Positions 1-10,153 are shown, counted from the stretch's first letter. The stretch: DNA of 64,000 nucleotides from Candidatus Lustribacter sp. (GCA_965277805.1 OZ255842.1:3360001-3424000); one strand, 5' to 3'. The notes: generated by a model from the letters alone, not told the origin. Translations and numbers: made by a program.

Positions 1-513
1 CACGCCGAACGCGGTCGCATTGCGCATGAAGGTCGGCGAGAAACGGTCGTCCGCCAGTTTGGTGATATCCCGTTCGCTCCACACCTTCGAGGTGCCGTAC
101 GGCGTAACCGGATTGAACGGCGCATCCTCGGCGAGGAAGCCGTCGCCGCCGGCGCCGTAATAACTGCACGACGAAGAGAAAATGAACCGCTCGACGCCCG
201 CCTCTTTCGCGAGCTCCGCAATGCGAACCGACGCGCGGTGGTTGATCTCGTACGTCAGCTCGGGGTTCAGATCGCCGAGCGGATCGTTCGAAAGGCCGGC
301 CAGATGAATGACCGCATCGTAACCGTCGAAGTCGGCGACGACGACGTCGCGAATATCTTTGCGGACGGCGGGAATTGCCGCCGGCTCGGGACCGTAGGTG
401 CTCTCGGCGAAAAGTTCGCTGTCTAGCCCCGTGACGTCATGACCGCGCTCCGACAGTACCCGGCTCATGACTGTCCCAATATAGCCGGCGTGTCCGGTCA
501 GTAGTACTCGCAT
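1..513 (-). CDS. NAD-dependent epimerase/dehydratase (extended SDR); runs off the left edge of the window
   Basis: Not in the ORF track. Manual translation from ATG at 513 gives [32 protein letters not shown] (GxxGxxG Rossmann motif), later [20 protein letters not shown] and TPYGTSK (YxxxK). Confidence 0.9.
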   Translation of the reverse strand, partial: MRVLLTGHAGYIGTVMSRVLSERGHDVTGLDSELFAESTYGPEPAAIPAVRKDIRDVVVADFDGYDAVIHLAGLSNDPLGDLNPELTYEINHRASVRIAELAKEAGVERFIFSSSCSYYGAGGDGFLAEDAPFNPVTPYGTSKVWSERDITKLADDRFSPTFMRNATAFGV

Positions 514-1321
514 CTGATGGTTCCCGATCCTTTCGACGGTTTATTTTCCAGGGTGCGTTGCCGCTCTGCCAGAGCGTTTCGAGCAAAATTTTCTCGCGAA
601 TGGTATCCATGCATTGCCAGAACGATTCGTGGCGATACGCCATGAGCTGGCCGGCGCGCGCGAGACGCTCCAGCGGTTCCTTTTCGAAATGCGTTGCGTC
701 GCCGTCGATGTAGTCGAAGATCTCCGGTTCGAGGACGAAGAAGGCGCCGTTGATCCAGCCTTCCTGGGCCTGCGGTTTTTCCGAAAACTCGACGATCTGA
801 TCGCCGGTGAGTTCGAGGTGGCCGAAGCGCGCCGGCGGACGGACGGCCGTCAACGTTGCGAGCTTGCCGTGTGAGCGGTGGAACGCGAGCAGTTCGTCGA
901 GATCCACATCGGATACGCCGTCACCCCAGGTGAGCATGAACGTCGACGAGCCCAGATACGGTGCGAGCCGCTTGATGCGGCCGCCGGTCTGCGTTTGCAG
1001 CGCTGTATCGACGAGCCGGATGTTCCAGTCGACGGTTTGGCCTTTATGAACCTTCACGCGGCCGTCGGCAAGGCTCACCGAGAGGTCGTGCCCGAGCTCC
1101 GTTTGGTCGAGCACGTAACGTTTGATGACTTCGCCTTTGTAGCCGAGCGCGATAACGAAATCTTTATGATCGTAGGCGGCATAATGATTCATGATGTGCC
1201 ACATGATCGGAATGCCGCCGATCTCCACCATCGGCTTCGGTTTCGTTTCCGTCTCTTCAGCGAGGCGGGAACCGGTGCCGCCGGCAAGGATCGCGACCTT
1301 TAACGGCGGTGTTGCTGTCAT
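437..1321 (-). CDS. rfbF: Glucose-1-phosphate cytidylyltransferase
   Basis: [40 protein letters not shown] and FWQCMDT motifs. Start taken at the ATG at 1321. The C-terminal tail overlaps the epimerase start by 77 nt. Confidence 0.9.
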   Translation of the reverse strand: MTATPPLKVAILAGGTGSRLAEETETKPKPMVEIGGIPIMWHIMNHYAAYDHKDFVIALGYKGEVIKRYVLDQTELGHDLSVSLADGRVKVHKGQTVDWNIRLVDTALQTQTGGRIKRLAPYLGSSTFMLTWGDGVSDVDLDELLAFHRSHGKLATLTAVRPPARFGHLELTGDQIVEFSEKPQAQEGWINGAFFVLEPEIFDYIDGDATHFEKEPLERLARAGQLMAYRHESFWQCMDTIREKILLETLWQSGNAPWKINRRKDREPSDASTTDRTRRLYWDSHEPGTVGARS

Positions 1322-1418
1322 ATGATCAACGCGCTCCTGTGCTGGCAACGAAAGAGGTGCAAGGTACCAAATCGGTACCCTACGCAATCGTAATATTGCG
1401 GTCTAACAGGAGCGAGAG

Positions 1419-2117
1419 TCAGGCGTCCCGGCGTGTTAGTCCAAAGGTCACCCACTCGTCGTCGACGTGCAATATCTCGCGCTCGCCGGCCGCGTCCGCG
1501 CCGGCCGAGCACGCGACCGTGAGAACGTGCCGCTCGTCGACGGACACGTTGCTGAACGTGAGCTCGCCGGGCGCGTTCGGCGCGCGCAACGCACCGCCGG
1601 CGTCGAATGCGAACGCCTGTGGTTGAAAATTCCGCGCGCGATCGAGCGCTTTGGCGGCGGCTTCTTTGCGCGTCCATAGCAACGTGAATGCACGCGCGCG
1701 CAGCGGCTGAGCTAGCGCGCGAATCGACGCCGCCTCAGCCGGCGTACAGCTGGCCTCGATCAGCGCCGCTTCCGGCTCGTGCTCCGGAATCGCTTCCGCA
1801 TCGATGCCGACCGGCCCAGCGCACACAACCGCACATGCCACCAGCGTACGCGCATGCGTCAAACTGAACGTGAGACTGCTTCCGGCGAGCACCGGGCGGC
1901 CGGTCTCCGTGCGCTCGAATCGCCAATCCGCCGGATGCCCGGTTCCGGCCCGGGAGAGCGCCATGCGAAGCACGCCGTGTGCGGTAACGTACGCATTGCG
2001 GTCGGACGCGAGCACCAATTCCGACGCCCGCCGCCGTTCGCAGTCGTCGAGCTGGTTTGCCAGAAGACGTAACGACCGATCGCTCAAATCGTCAGGGTGG
2101 GCCCAAGCAATCAGCAC
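1419..2117 (-). CDS. 4'-phosphopantetheinyl transferase, Sfp type
   Basis: GRP..FSLTH, VGIDAE and LWTRKEA motifs; divergent from the NRPS. Confidence 0.9.
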   Translation of the reverse strand: MLIAWAHPDDLSDRSLRLLANQLDDCERRRASELVLASDRNAYVTAHGVLRMALSRAGTGHPADWRFERTETGRPVLAGSSLTFSLTHARTLVACAVVCAGPVGIDAEAIPEHEPEAALIEASCTPAEAASIRALAQPLRARAFTLLWTRKEAAAKALDRARNFQPQAFAFDAGGALRAPNAPGELTFSNVSVDERHVLTVACSAGADAAGEREILHVDDEWVTFGLTRRDA

Positions 2118-2198
2118 GCTGGTCTTTACCCAAACGTCCCGCTAGTGCCGTCCCCGGGGTCTCTCCGTCGCCGCTGCCCGTCGTGAGACAGTTTATGC

Positions 2199-5100
2199 AT
2201 GAGCTCACCCGCTCGCCTGCCGAGTGCCGGCGCCGAACCTGCAGCCTACCCGCTTTCGGCCGTCCAGGAAGGGATGCTCTTCGATAGCCTCCGCGGCGAT
2301 TGCTCCGGACGCGGCATCGAGGTGCTCGTGCTCGAGCTTCACGGCACGCTGGACGCGCAACGGCTGGAGACGGCCTGGCAACGCGTGTCCGCGCGCCACG
2401 ACGCGTTGCGCACGTCGTTCTCGCTCACGGCGGATCGCCCGCTGCAGCACGTCCGGGGCTTCGCCGATCTGCCGTTCACGGTCGAGGACGTCGCGCTCAG
2501 CGGTCCCGACGAACGTGACTGGTACGTTCGCGCATGCGTTCAAACGGAGCGCCGCCGCGGCTTCGCGCTGGACGAGCCGCCGCTGCAACGCGTGCGGCTC
2601 ATTCGCTTCGGAGAGAACGCGCAGGTCCTCATCTGGACGAATCACCACGCGATCATGGACGGGCGCTCGCGCCGCATCGTGTTGCGCGAGATCGTCGACG
2701 CCTACTCGAACCTCACGCCGCTGCGGCCGGCGACCCCATACCGCCGTCATATCGCGTGGCTCGAAGAGCAGCGGTTCGCCGCTTCCGACGCGTTCTGGCG
2801 CGAACGCTTGCGCGGCTTTGCGGCGCCGACCCCACTGCCGGCGGCCTTCCATGCGTTGCCGGAGAGCACCGGCCTGCCCGAATCGGTCGAGCGCACCTTG
2901 ACCGGCAGCGAGGCCCAACGCGTGCTCGATTTTGCTCGCGCGCAGAACCTCACCGTGGGCCTACTGGTGCAGGCGGGCTGGTCGCTCGTGCTCGCCCGCC
3001 ACGCCGCCACGGCCGACGTCGTTTTCGGCACCGTCCGCGCGGGCCGGCACGCGAGTGACGGGGCCGATGCGGTCGGCTTGCTAATCGCGACGCCGCCGCT
3101 GCGCGTCAACGTGGATGAACGCGCGCCGCTCGTGCCCTGGCTACGCGAGGTGCGCGCGCGCTGGGACGAGCTTCGCGACCACGAGCACGTTCCGTTGCGC
3201 TCGATCGCCGCGAGCAGCGAGATTCCGGCCCCGCAACGGCTCTTCGAGACGCTGGTCGTCTACGAGCGTGAGACGTTCATGCGCGCGGTTGCGGATGACG
3301 TCGACCCGGAAGGCCTGCTCGGCATTCAACGTGCGTCTCTTTATGAGAATACCGGCTTCCCGCTCAGCCTGCACGCGGCCGGTACCACCGAACTGCAGAT
3401 GCGTCTGCAATACGATACGGCCCGGTTCGGCCCAAGCGATGCGGCCCGCCTGATCGACGAAGTGGTCACGATCGTCCGCGCATTTCCCGAACATGCCGGC
3501 GGCTCCGTCGCCGATGTGCCGTCGCTGACGCCCGCCGAGAGCGCGCGCCTCATCACGCAGTGGAACCGCGTGACGCCCTACCCGCATGAGGCATCGGCTC
3601 ACGAACTCTTCCACGCACAGGCCCTGCGCACGCCCACGGCGATTGCGCTCCAGCTCGGTACGGCCACGATGACCTACCGCGAGCTGGACCGCCAAAGCGG
3701 AACGATCGCCGCGCAGTTGCGCGCGCGCGGAATCGGGCGCGGCGACTTCGTCGCACTGCATGCCGAGCGCTCGTTCGAGATGGTGACCGGCTTGCTGGGC
3801 ATCCTCAAAGCCGGCGCGGCCTCGATTCCACTCGACATGCACTACCCGCCCGACCGTCTCGCGACGGTCCTGCGCGACGGCGCCGTCCGCATCATCCTCG
3901 TGCAGGCACCGCTGTTCGATGAGCTGCGTCCGGTCCTCGAGCTCCTCGGATCGGACGCGCCGGAGATGCTCGACATCGCCCCGCTTGCCGGCGCGTCGTG
4001 TCCGCCGTTCCACGCCGCGTACACCGGCGCGCTCGAACCGGCGCACGTGATGTATACGTCCGGTTCGACCGGCGCTCCGAAGTGCGCCGTGATACCGCAT
4101 CAAGCGATCGTCCGTACCGTCTGCGGCACCGATTATCTGCGCTTCGCCGCCGGCGAAACGTTCTTCGCTTTCGTGCCGCTGACGTTCGACGTCGCGATCC
4201 TCGAGATCTGGGGGCCCTTGCTCCATGGCGCGCGGCTCGTGCTGTGTCCGCCGGGCTTGCCGTCGCTCGACGTACTGGCGAGCACGATCGAGGCGCAAGG
4301 CGTTACGACCCTGTGGCTGACGACCGCGCTCTTCGAACAGGTCGTCGAGGAAGCGCTCTCGCACTTGGGCGGGCTGCGGCAATTGATCGTCGGCGGCGAC
4401 GTGATGTCGCCCGCGCATGCGCGCCGTATCATGACCGCGTTCCCCGCGCTTCAGCTCGTCAACGTTTACGGTCCGACCGAAGCGACCGTCCTGATCACCG
4501 CGCACCCGCTCGCGTCGCCGCCCAACGCACCCATTCCGCTCGGCGCACCGATCCCCAACGCAACGGTCTACATCCTCGATGCGAAGCAGCGGCCGGTTCC
4601 GGTCGGCGTGCCCGGTGAAATCTACACCGGCGGCGCCGGCGTCGCTCTGGGCTATCTCGGGCGGCCCGATCTGACGGCCGAACGGTTCGTTCCCGATCCG
4701 TTCTCGACGCAGCCGGACGCAACGATGTACCGCAGCGGCGATCTCGCGCGTTGGCGCGACGACGGCACGATCGATTTTCTCGGCCGCGTCGACTCGCAAG
4801 TGAAGATTCGCGGCGTTCGCATCGAACTCGGGGCGATCGAGTCGGCCCTCACCGATCATCCGCTGATTGCTGAAGCGGTGGTCGTCGCGCGGGGATCCGG
4901 CGCCGCCGGTAAGCAGCTGGCAGCCTATGTCGTTCGCCGGGCCGCGACGCTGGACGCGCGCGAGGTCAAGGCGTTTCTTGCAACGCGTCTCGCCGCACCG
5001 AGCATCCCATCCACCGTCGCCTTCGTGCCCACGATCCCGCGCACGGCGACGGGGAAGTTCGACCGCAAAGCGCTGCCCGATCCGGCTGCATTCGCCGGCG

Positions 5101-6116
5101 ATGACGAACCCGTCGCGCGGCGGCAAGCGGAAACGCCGCTGGAGATCGCGCTGGCCGGCGAAGTGGCGTCAGTTCTCGGCCTCGACGATGTCGGTCTCGA
5201 TGATGACTTCTACGCCTGCGGCGGCGACTCGCTGCGCGCGATGCGGCTCGTCGCGCGCCTGCGGGAGATATTCGGCCCGCAACTGACGGTGCAAGATCTG
5301 ATTGCAGCTCCCACGGTCGCCGCGCTCAGCCGCGTTGCCGGCGAGCTGCGTCACGACGCCCGGGCGCTACGCCCGCAGCGGCTACGTGCCGAGCGCGCCA
5401 CCGGCTCGCTGGCCCCTGTCTTTTTCTTGCACGGCGATCTCATCGGCGGCGGCCGGTATTGCGCGGAGGTTGCCCGGCGCGTTTCACCCGGCCGGCCGTT
5501 CTTCTCCCTCTCGCCGCACGGCACCGAGGGCGATGACTTCCCCGGCTCGATCGAGTCGATGGCCCGCGAAAACTGCGCCGCGATTCGCGAGCGCTATCCG
5601 CATGGCCCGGTGATTCTCGGCGGCTACTGCAACGGCGGCCTCGTGGCCTACGAAATGGCGCGCCAACTCGAACGCGCCGGCGTTACCGTCGCCGGGCTCG
5701 CGATCGTCGACGGCTTCATCTTCAACACCGAACGCTCGGCGCTCTCGGACTTCATGCGCCGCCAAGCGCGCCGTCATCTCCAACGCTTGGGGCTCGGCCG
5801 CGCGGTGGTACCGCCGGACGCAGAGCTCGCGAGCTGGCAAGTGCGGCACGAGAGCCTGGTGGAATCATGGTACGACGCGATGGCGCGTTATGTGCCGGCC
5901 CGCTACTCGGGGCGCACGACGCTGTTGTGGACCGGCGAAATGGCAGCGCGTTCCGAAGGTCTGACGCGCACCTGGAAACGCGTCGCGCCCAACGCCGTCG
6001 AGGGCGGCATCATTCCGGGCACGCACTTGACCGCGATCACGCGCCACCTCAACGAAACGAGCGCTATCCTTGCGGAAGCGCTCGAAGGCCGATTCGCCGC
6101 CGCCGCGGGCGGCTAG
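2199..6116 (+). CDS. Single-module non-ribosomal peptide synthetase, C-A-PCP-TE
   Basis: C domain YPLSAVQEGML and HHAIMDG; A domain YTSGSTGAPK, NVYGPTE, YRSGDL and GKFDRK; PCP GGDSL; TE LGGYCNGG and GTHLT. Confidence 0.95.
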   Translation: MSSPARLPSAGAEPAAYPLSAVQEGMLFDSLRGDCSGRGIEVLVLELHGTLDAQRLETAWQRVSARHDALRTSFSLTADRPLQHVRGFADLPFTVEDVALSGPDERDWYVRACVQTERRRGFALDEPPLQRVRLIRFGENAQVLIWTNHHAIMDGRSRRIVLREIVDAYSNLTPLRPATPYRRHIAWLEEQRFAASDAFWRERLRGFAAPTPLPAAFHALPESTGLPESVERTLTGSEAQRVLDFARAQNLTVGLLVQAGWSLVLARHAATADVVFGTVRAGRHASDGADAVGLLIATPPLRVNVDERAPLVPWLREVRARWDELRDHEHVPLRSIAASSEIPAPQRLFETLVVYERETFMRAVADDVDPEGLLGIQRASLYENTGFPLSLHAAGTTELQMRLQYDTARFGPSDAARLIDEVVTIVRAFPEHAGGSVADVPSLTPAESARLITQWNRVTPYPHEASAHELFHAQALRTPTAIALQLGTATMTYRELDRQSGTIAAQLRARGIGRGDFVALHAERSFEMVTGLLGILKAGAASIPLDMHYPPDRLATVLRDGAVRIILVQAPLFDELRPVLELLGSDAPEMLDIAPLAGASCPPFHAAYTGALEPAHVMYTSGSTGAPKCAVIPHQAIVRTVCGTDYLRFAAGETFFAFVPLTFDVAILEIWGPLLHGARLVLCPPGLPSLDVLASTIEAQGVTTLWLTTALFEQVVEEALSHLGGLRQLIVGGDVMSPAHARRIMTAFPALQLVNVYGPTEATVLITAHPLASPPNAPIPLGAPIPNATVYILDAKQRPVPVGVPGEIYTGGAGVALGYLGRPDLTAERFVPDPFSTQPDATMYRSGDLARWRDDGTIDFLGRVDSQVKIRGVRIELGAIESALTDHPLIAEAVVVARGSGAAGKQLAAYVVRRAATLDAREVKAFLATRLAAPSIPSTVAFVPTIPRTATGKFDRKALPDPAAFAGDDEPVARRQAETPLEIALAGEVASVLGLDDVGLDDDFYACGGDSLRAMRLVARLREIFGPQLTVQDLIAAPTVAALSRVAGELRHDARALRPQRLRAERATGSLAPVFFLHGDLIGGGRYCAEVARRVSPGRPFFSLSPHGTEGDDFPGSIESMARENCAAIRERYPHGPVILGGYCNGGLVAYEMARQLERAGVTVAGLAIVDGFIFNTERSALSDFMRRQARRHLQRLGLGRAVVPPDAELASWQVRHESLVESWYDAMARYVPARYSGRTTLLWTGEMAARSEGLTRTWKRVAPNAVEGGIIPGTHLTAITRHLNETSAILAEALEGRFAAAAGG

Positions 6117-7021
6117 AAGCCGATGAACCGGCCGAGGAGTCCGAAGATGTTGCTCGTCACGGCGGAACCGCCTTTGCGAGCAGCCGGTACGTAAACGACG
6201 TCGTTCTTCTGCAACGTCAGATCGGAGGCGATGTCTCCCTTTTGCAATTCGTTGTAGAGGTTGACCGTGTACACTTTCGTCTGGCCGCCGCCGAGATCGC
6301 GCGTGACGCGGATTGCGTTGAGGTCGGCATTCGAGTTCGCGGAATTGCCGGCTTTTGCAATCGCCGTCGATAACCGGTCACCTTCGCTGATCGAGACCTC
6401 GCCGGGTTTGTCGACGGCGCCCACGACTTCGACGTTGAAGGTTACCGGGCTCGGAACGTAGACAACCGAGTCGTTCGAGAGCACGGCGTCGGCACTCGTG
6501 TTGCCGCGGCGAAGGATGTCTTGCAGCGACGCATCGCGGACGCCCGAGACATCGCTGATGCGCGCCACCGGGTAGTCGCCGTTGGTCGGCCCCATGCCGC
6601 CGGCGGTCGCAATCGCATCGGTGACGTGACTGTTGAAGGGCAGCGTGTATTTTCCGGGCGTCTTGACGTTCCCGAGGACCATCACCGTGAGTTGCCCTTC
6701 GCTCACCACGCCGACCGACACGATCGGGGCACGCAGAAATTTCGAGAGCGCACGCGTCAGCGTCGCCGAGGCCTCGGCCGGCGTTTCGCTGCCGAGCGAG
6801 ATGCGCCCGATCATCGGATATTGCACCGTCGAGTCCGGCAGCACGGTAACGGTTTGGGTCAAGGTCGGCTCGCCGTAAACCGAGACGGCCAATTGATCGC
6901 CCGCATGGATATGGTAGTCGGCAGCGGTGGGCGCTCCCGTCGCGGCGAGCAACGGCACGGCCAGTACCGCCTGAAGCGCGAACGTGAAAGCAAAGGCCGC
7001 ACCGGCCCGCGTCGTGTTCAT
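6113..7021 (-). CDS. wza: Polysaccharide export protein (Wza-like; Poly_export plus two SLBB domains)
   Basis: Signal peptide, YHIHAGDQLAVSVYGEP, VLGNVKTPGKY, VVGAVDKPG and DVVYVP. Confidence 0.85.
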   Translation of the reverse strand: MNTTRAGAAFAFTFALQAVLAVPLLAATGAPTAADYHIHAGDQLAVSVYGEPTLTQTVTVLPDSTVQYPMIGRISLGSETPAEASATLTRALSKFLRAPIVSVGVVSEGQLTVMVLGNVKTPGKYTLPFNSHVTDAIATAGGMGPTNGDYPVARISDVSGVRDASLQDILRRGNTSADAVLSNDSVVYVPSPVTFNVEVVGAVDKPGEVSISEGDRLSTAIAKAGNSANSNADLNAIRVTRDLGGGQTKVYTVNLYNELQKGDIASDLTLQKNDVVYVPAARKGGSAVTSNIFGLLGRFIGF

Positions 7022-9243
7022 CCGAGACTCCGATCCGCATCCGCATCGGATGCAAGCGCAGGACGCAGTGCCGCTCCGGCAACGAAAAAGTAGTCTTCGT
7101 CGACGAGCGAACGCTGCGGCTTCACCCGGTTCGCGACCGTACCGATCACGTTCGCGACCCCCATGTTGTGTAGTTTCGCAAGCGAACGGCGGACGTCGTG
7201 CGAATCGGTCGAGTCGATCGAAAGGACCAGCACCGTTCCGTCGGCCTTGGCCGCCAGGATCGCCGCGTCGACGACCGGCATGAGCGCGGGCGCATCGATG
7301 ATAACGGTCTGATACGTCTCCAGCAGCTCTTCGAGCAATTCGTCGAACCGCCGCGACTGAATCAGCTTGACGGAGTTCGGCGTACGCGTACCGCTCGTGA
7401 GCAGATCTAGGCCTTCGTGCTCCGTGGCCATGACAACGTCGCGCAACTCGGCCGTGCCGACGAGAACGTCGCTCAGACCCCGGCCGAGTTCCTGGTTGAG
7501 CTTATCGTGGAGCGAAGGGCGGCGCAGGTCGGCGTCGATCAGCAACACGCGCGGTTCGACGTGTGCCATCGTTATGGCGGTGTTCAGCGCGACCGTCGAC
7601 TTTCCATCACCCTGAGAGGGGCTCGTGACCGTGATGCAACGCATGCGCTTATCGGCCGTTGCGCTGTAACGAAGTGACGTTACGAGTTGGAGGAACGACT
7701 CGATTGCAAACGAGCGCAGCCACGGCTCGTCGGTATCGTCGGCGGCGGAAGGCGCGGGCGGCAGTTTCCCGGAGTTCGGGAGCCGCTGCAGCGCGCCGAG
7801 TTGCGGTACCGACGCGAGCACCGGCAATTCGAGTTCGTCCTCGATTTGGCTTTCGTCACGGATGCGCCGATCGAACATAAACACGAGCAGCGTCACGATA
7901 ATGCCCAAAACCAGACTCGAAAACGCTCCTAGCACGATGTTCAGCTTGAGATCGGGACGCTGCGACGCGTCGTTTGCGGAGGCGGGCGAGGTGACGGTAA
8001 CGTCACTCAATGCGGTGGCCTTGCCGATATTCGCATCGTTTAATTTCTGGCGCAAGGCAGTGACCACATCTTCGGCAAGTTTAGCGTCACGCTGCAGCCC
8101 CAGCAGGCTTGTTGCCTTACCAGGCAACGATGCGAGCTGCGGTCGCATGTCCCCGCGCTGCCGATTCAGTTGCGCCATCTGCGCCGAGTCCGAGGCAATT
8201 TGCGCGCGCAGAGCAGCGGCTTGCTGGGTGAGTTGAACGTACAGCGGATTCGGCATCGTTTCCGCCTGGGCCACGATCGTCGCCGGCGACTGGGCAATCT
8301 CGTGCTGCAGTTCCGCCTGCTGGCGTTTGAGGCCGATCACGGTCGGATGCTGGTCGGTGTACTGTTGTTCGGCTACTTGAAGTTGCACCTTCGCTTGGGC
8401 GAGTTGCTGCTGCAGCTGACTCAGGACGGGGTTAGGCTGGACCTCCGTTTGGCCGGCGACCGTGGGGCCGATGTGGTTGAGTTGCGCGGTGATACTCGCC
8501 AGCTGAGCCGTCGCTTGACCGCGATCGACCTCGGTCGCGTTGATTTTTGCTTCCAGCCCGGCCGCGGCGTTCATGACATTCTGCGTTTGCGTCTGCAGGT
8601 CGGCCATGTTGTTTTTCGCTTGGAACGCGGTGAGCGCCGCATCAGCCACGGCGGCTTTGCGCTGCGCCGCCGGAAGCTGAGCCGACAGTGTCTTGACGGC
8701 GTCGTCTGCTTGTTGTCCGACGAGCGATCGTTCGTGATCGACGAACGCCCCGGCGAACGCGTTGGCAACCGTCGCCGACATCTCGGGACTCGACCACGTC
8801 ACCGCCAGGTCCAGGATGTTGGTATTGACGACGCTCTGGACTTTCACGTGCGAGAGCAGTGCCCCGGGCGACATCGGTAGCTTCAGCTCGTCGATGACGG
8901 CGTTGGCGACCGGATTTTCCTGGAACAATTCGGCGTACGTTTCGGAAGACTGTACTCCCGTCGCCGCGAGCAGCGCGTTCAAAAGCGGCAGCGTAGTATT
9001 CCCGCTCTCGGCACCCGGAGTGGTGACCGGTCCACCGCTGCCCGCAATCAGCTTCACGTGCGTCGTGTAGCTCCGCGGCATGAACATCGTATACGCAGCG
9101 ATGAGCAAGAACGAACCGGCGGCGACACACGCAAAGATCCGCTTGCGCCGGAGGAGAGCTTGCCACAAACGCGTCCACTCAAATTCAGGCGCCGCCTCCG
9201 CTTGGGCCGGTCGCGGGGCTTGCCCGGATGCGAGTTGATACAT
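7018..9243 (-). CDS. wzc: Polysaccharide co-polymerase / BY-kinase (Wzc/GumC family)
   Basis: N-terminal TM helix, long coiled coil, second TM helix, Walker A SPSQGDGKST, LLIDADLRRP and IIDAP. Confidence 0.9.
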   Translation of the reverse strand: MYQLASGQAPRPAQAEAAPEFEWTRLWQALLRRKRIFACVAAGSFLLIAAYTMFMPRSYTTHVKLIAGSGGPVTTPGAESGNTTLPLLNALLAATGVQSSETYAELFQENPVANAVIDELKLPMSPGALLSHVKVQSVVNTNILDLAVTWSSPEMSATVANAFAGAFVDHERSLVGQQADDAVKTLSAQLPAAQRKAAVADAALTAFQAKNNMADLQTQTQNVMNAAAGLEAKINATEVDRGQATAQLASITAQLNHIGPTVAGQTEVQPNPVLSQLQQQLAQAKVQLQVAEQQYTDQHPTVIGLKRQQAELQHEIAQSPATIVAQAETMPNPLYVQLTQQAAALRAQIASDSAQMAQLNRQRGDMRPQLASLPGKATSLLGLQRDAKLAEDVVTALRQKLNDANIGKATALSDVTVTSPASANDASQRPDLKLNIVLGAFSSLVLGIIVTLLVFMFDRRIRDESQIEDELELPVLASVPQLGALQRLPNSGKLPPAPSAADDTDEPWLRSFAIESFLQLVTSLRYSATADKRMRCITVTSPSQGDGKSTVALNTAITMAHVEPRVLLIDADLRRPSLHDKLNQELGRGLSDVLVGTAELRDVVMATEHEGLDLLTSGTRTPNSVKLIQSRRFDELLEELLETYQTVIIDAPALMPVVDAAILAAKADGTVLVLSIDSTDSHDVRRSLAKLHNMGVANVIGTVANRVKPQRSLVDEDYFFVAGAALRPALASDADADRSLG

Positions 9244-9265
9244 GGCTTCGATTCCTCCGACGTGA

Positions 9266-10153
9266 CTACAAGAAGAGCAAACGGGTCAGCAAAAAGACCG
9301 CGTTCGTAAGATTGCCGTGTGACTGCTTGGCGATGGGAACGTACACCGTGTCGCCTTTGCGCATGCGTGGGTCGAAGCGAGCGTCACCCTTCTCCAGCGC
9401 CTGGTAAAGATCGACGGGATGCGAAGCCGTCTTTCCATCGTCTTCCGTTCGCGTGACGACGACGCGCGTCAGATCGGCCTGTGACGATGCGTCGTTGCCG
9501 GCCTTGGCGATTGCGATCGACAACCGGTCGCCCTCGTTGAGCGAGAGCACGCCCGGATGATTGACCGCGCCGAGAACCTTGATGTCGAACGTCGCCGGGC
9601 CCGGTACGTAGACGGCGGCCCGATCTGTTAAGCGGATATCGCGGTCAGGGTCGCCGCCGCGCAGCAGCTTGTCCAGCGATATGTGGTAGGTCGTCCCGTC
9701 TTGCAGCGCGATGCGCGCGACCGGATACTCGCCGTTGATCGATGTATCCATTCCGCCGGCCGCCGCAATGGCGTCGCTGAGCCGTGCGCCGGGAGCCAGC
9801 GCGTATTCGCCGGAGTTGGTCACGTCGCCAAGGACGAGGACGTCGATATGTCCCGCGCTGATCACGTTTACCGACACGCGCGGATCGCGAACGTAACGCT
9901 TCAGGACGGCCGCGATCGCATCGCTCGCCCCCTGCGGTGTCGCACCCGCAACGCGAACTTCACCGATCAGCGGCAATCCGATCGTACCGTCGCTCGCAAC
10001 GGTAACCTGTTGCGAGATGTCGCTTTCACCCGAGATCTGCACGTTGAGCTGATCGCCGGCATGCACCACCGTCTGCGGCGGCGGCGAATCCGCCAACAGC
10101 GTTCCGGTGGTCGAAAGCAGCGCGGCGCAGCACAGCGCCAAGATCAAACGCAT
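9266..10153 (-). CDS. wza: Second polysaccharide export protein (Wza-like, SLBB domains)
   Basis: Start MRLILALCC at 10153 is coupled (TGATG) to the upstream stop; VHAGDQLNVQI, LPLIGEV, VLGAVNHPG and GDTVYVP; paralog of 6113-7021. Confidence 0.85.
   Translation of the reverse strand: MRLILALCCAALLSTTGTLLADSPPPQTVVHAGDQLNVQISGESDISQQVTVASDGTIGLPLIGEVRVAGATPQGASDAIAAVLKRYVRDPRVSVNVISAGHIDVLVLGDVTNSGEYALAPGARLSDAIAAAGGMDTSINGEYPVARIALQDGTTYHISLDKLLRGGDPDRDIRLTDRAAVYVPGPATFDIKVLGAVNHPGVLSLNEGDRLSIAIAKAGNDASSQADLTRVVVTRTEDDGKTASHPVDLYQALEKGDARFDPRMRKGDTVYVPIAKQSHGNLTNAVFLLTRLLFL

Noticed and set aside
3141-5126. 661-aa ORF antisense to the NRPS
   Set aside because: Shadow frame of a GC-rich gene; no motifs.
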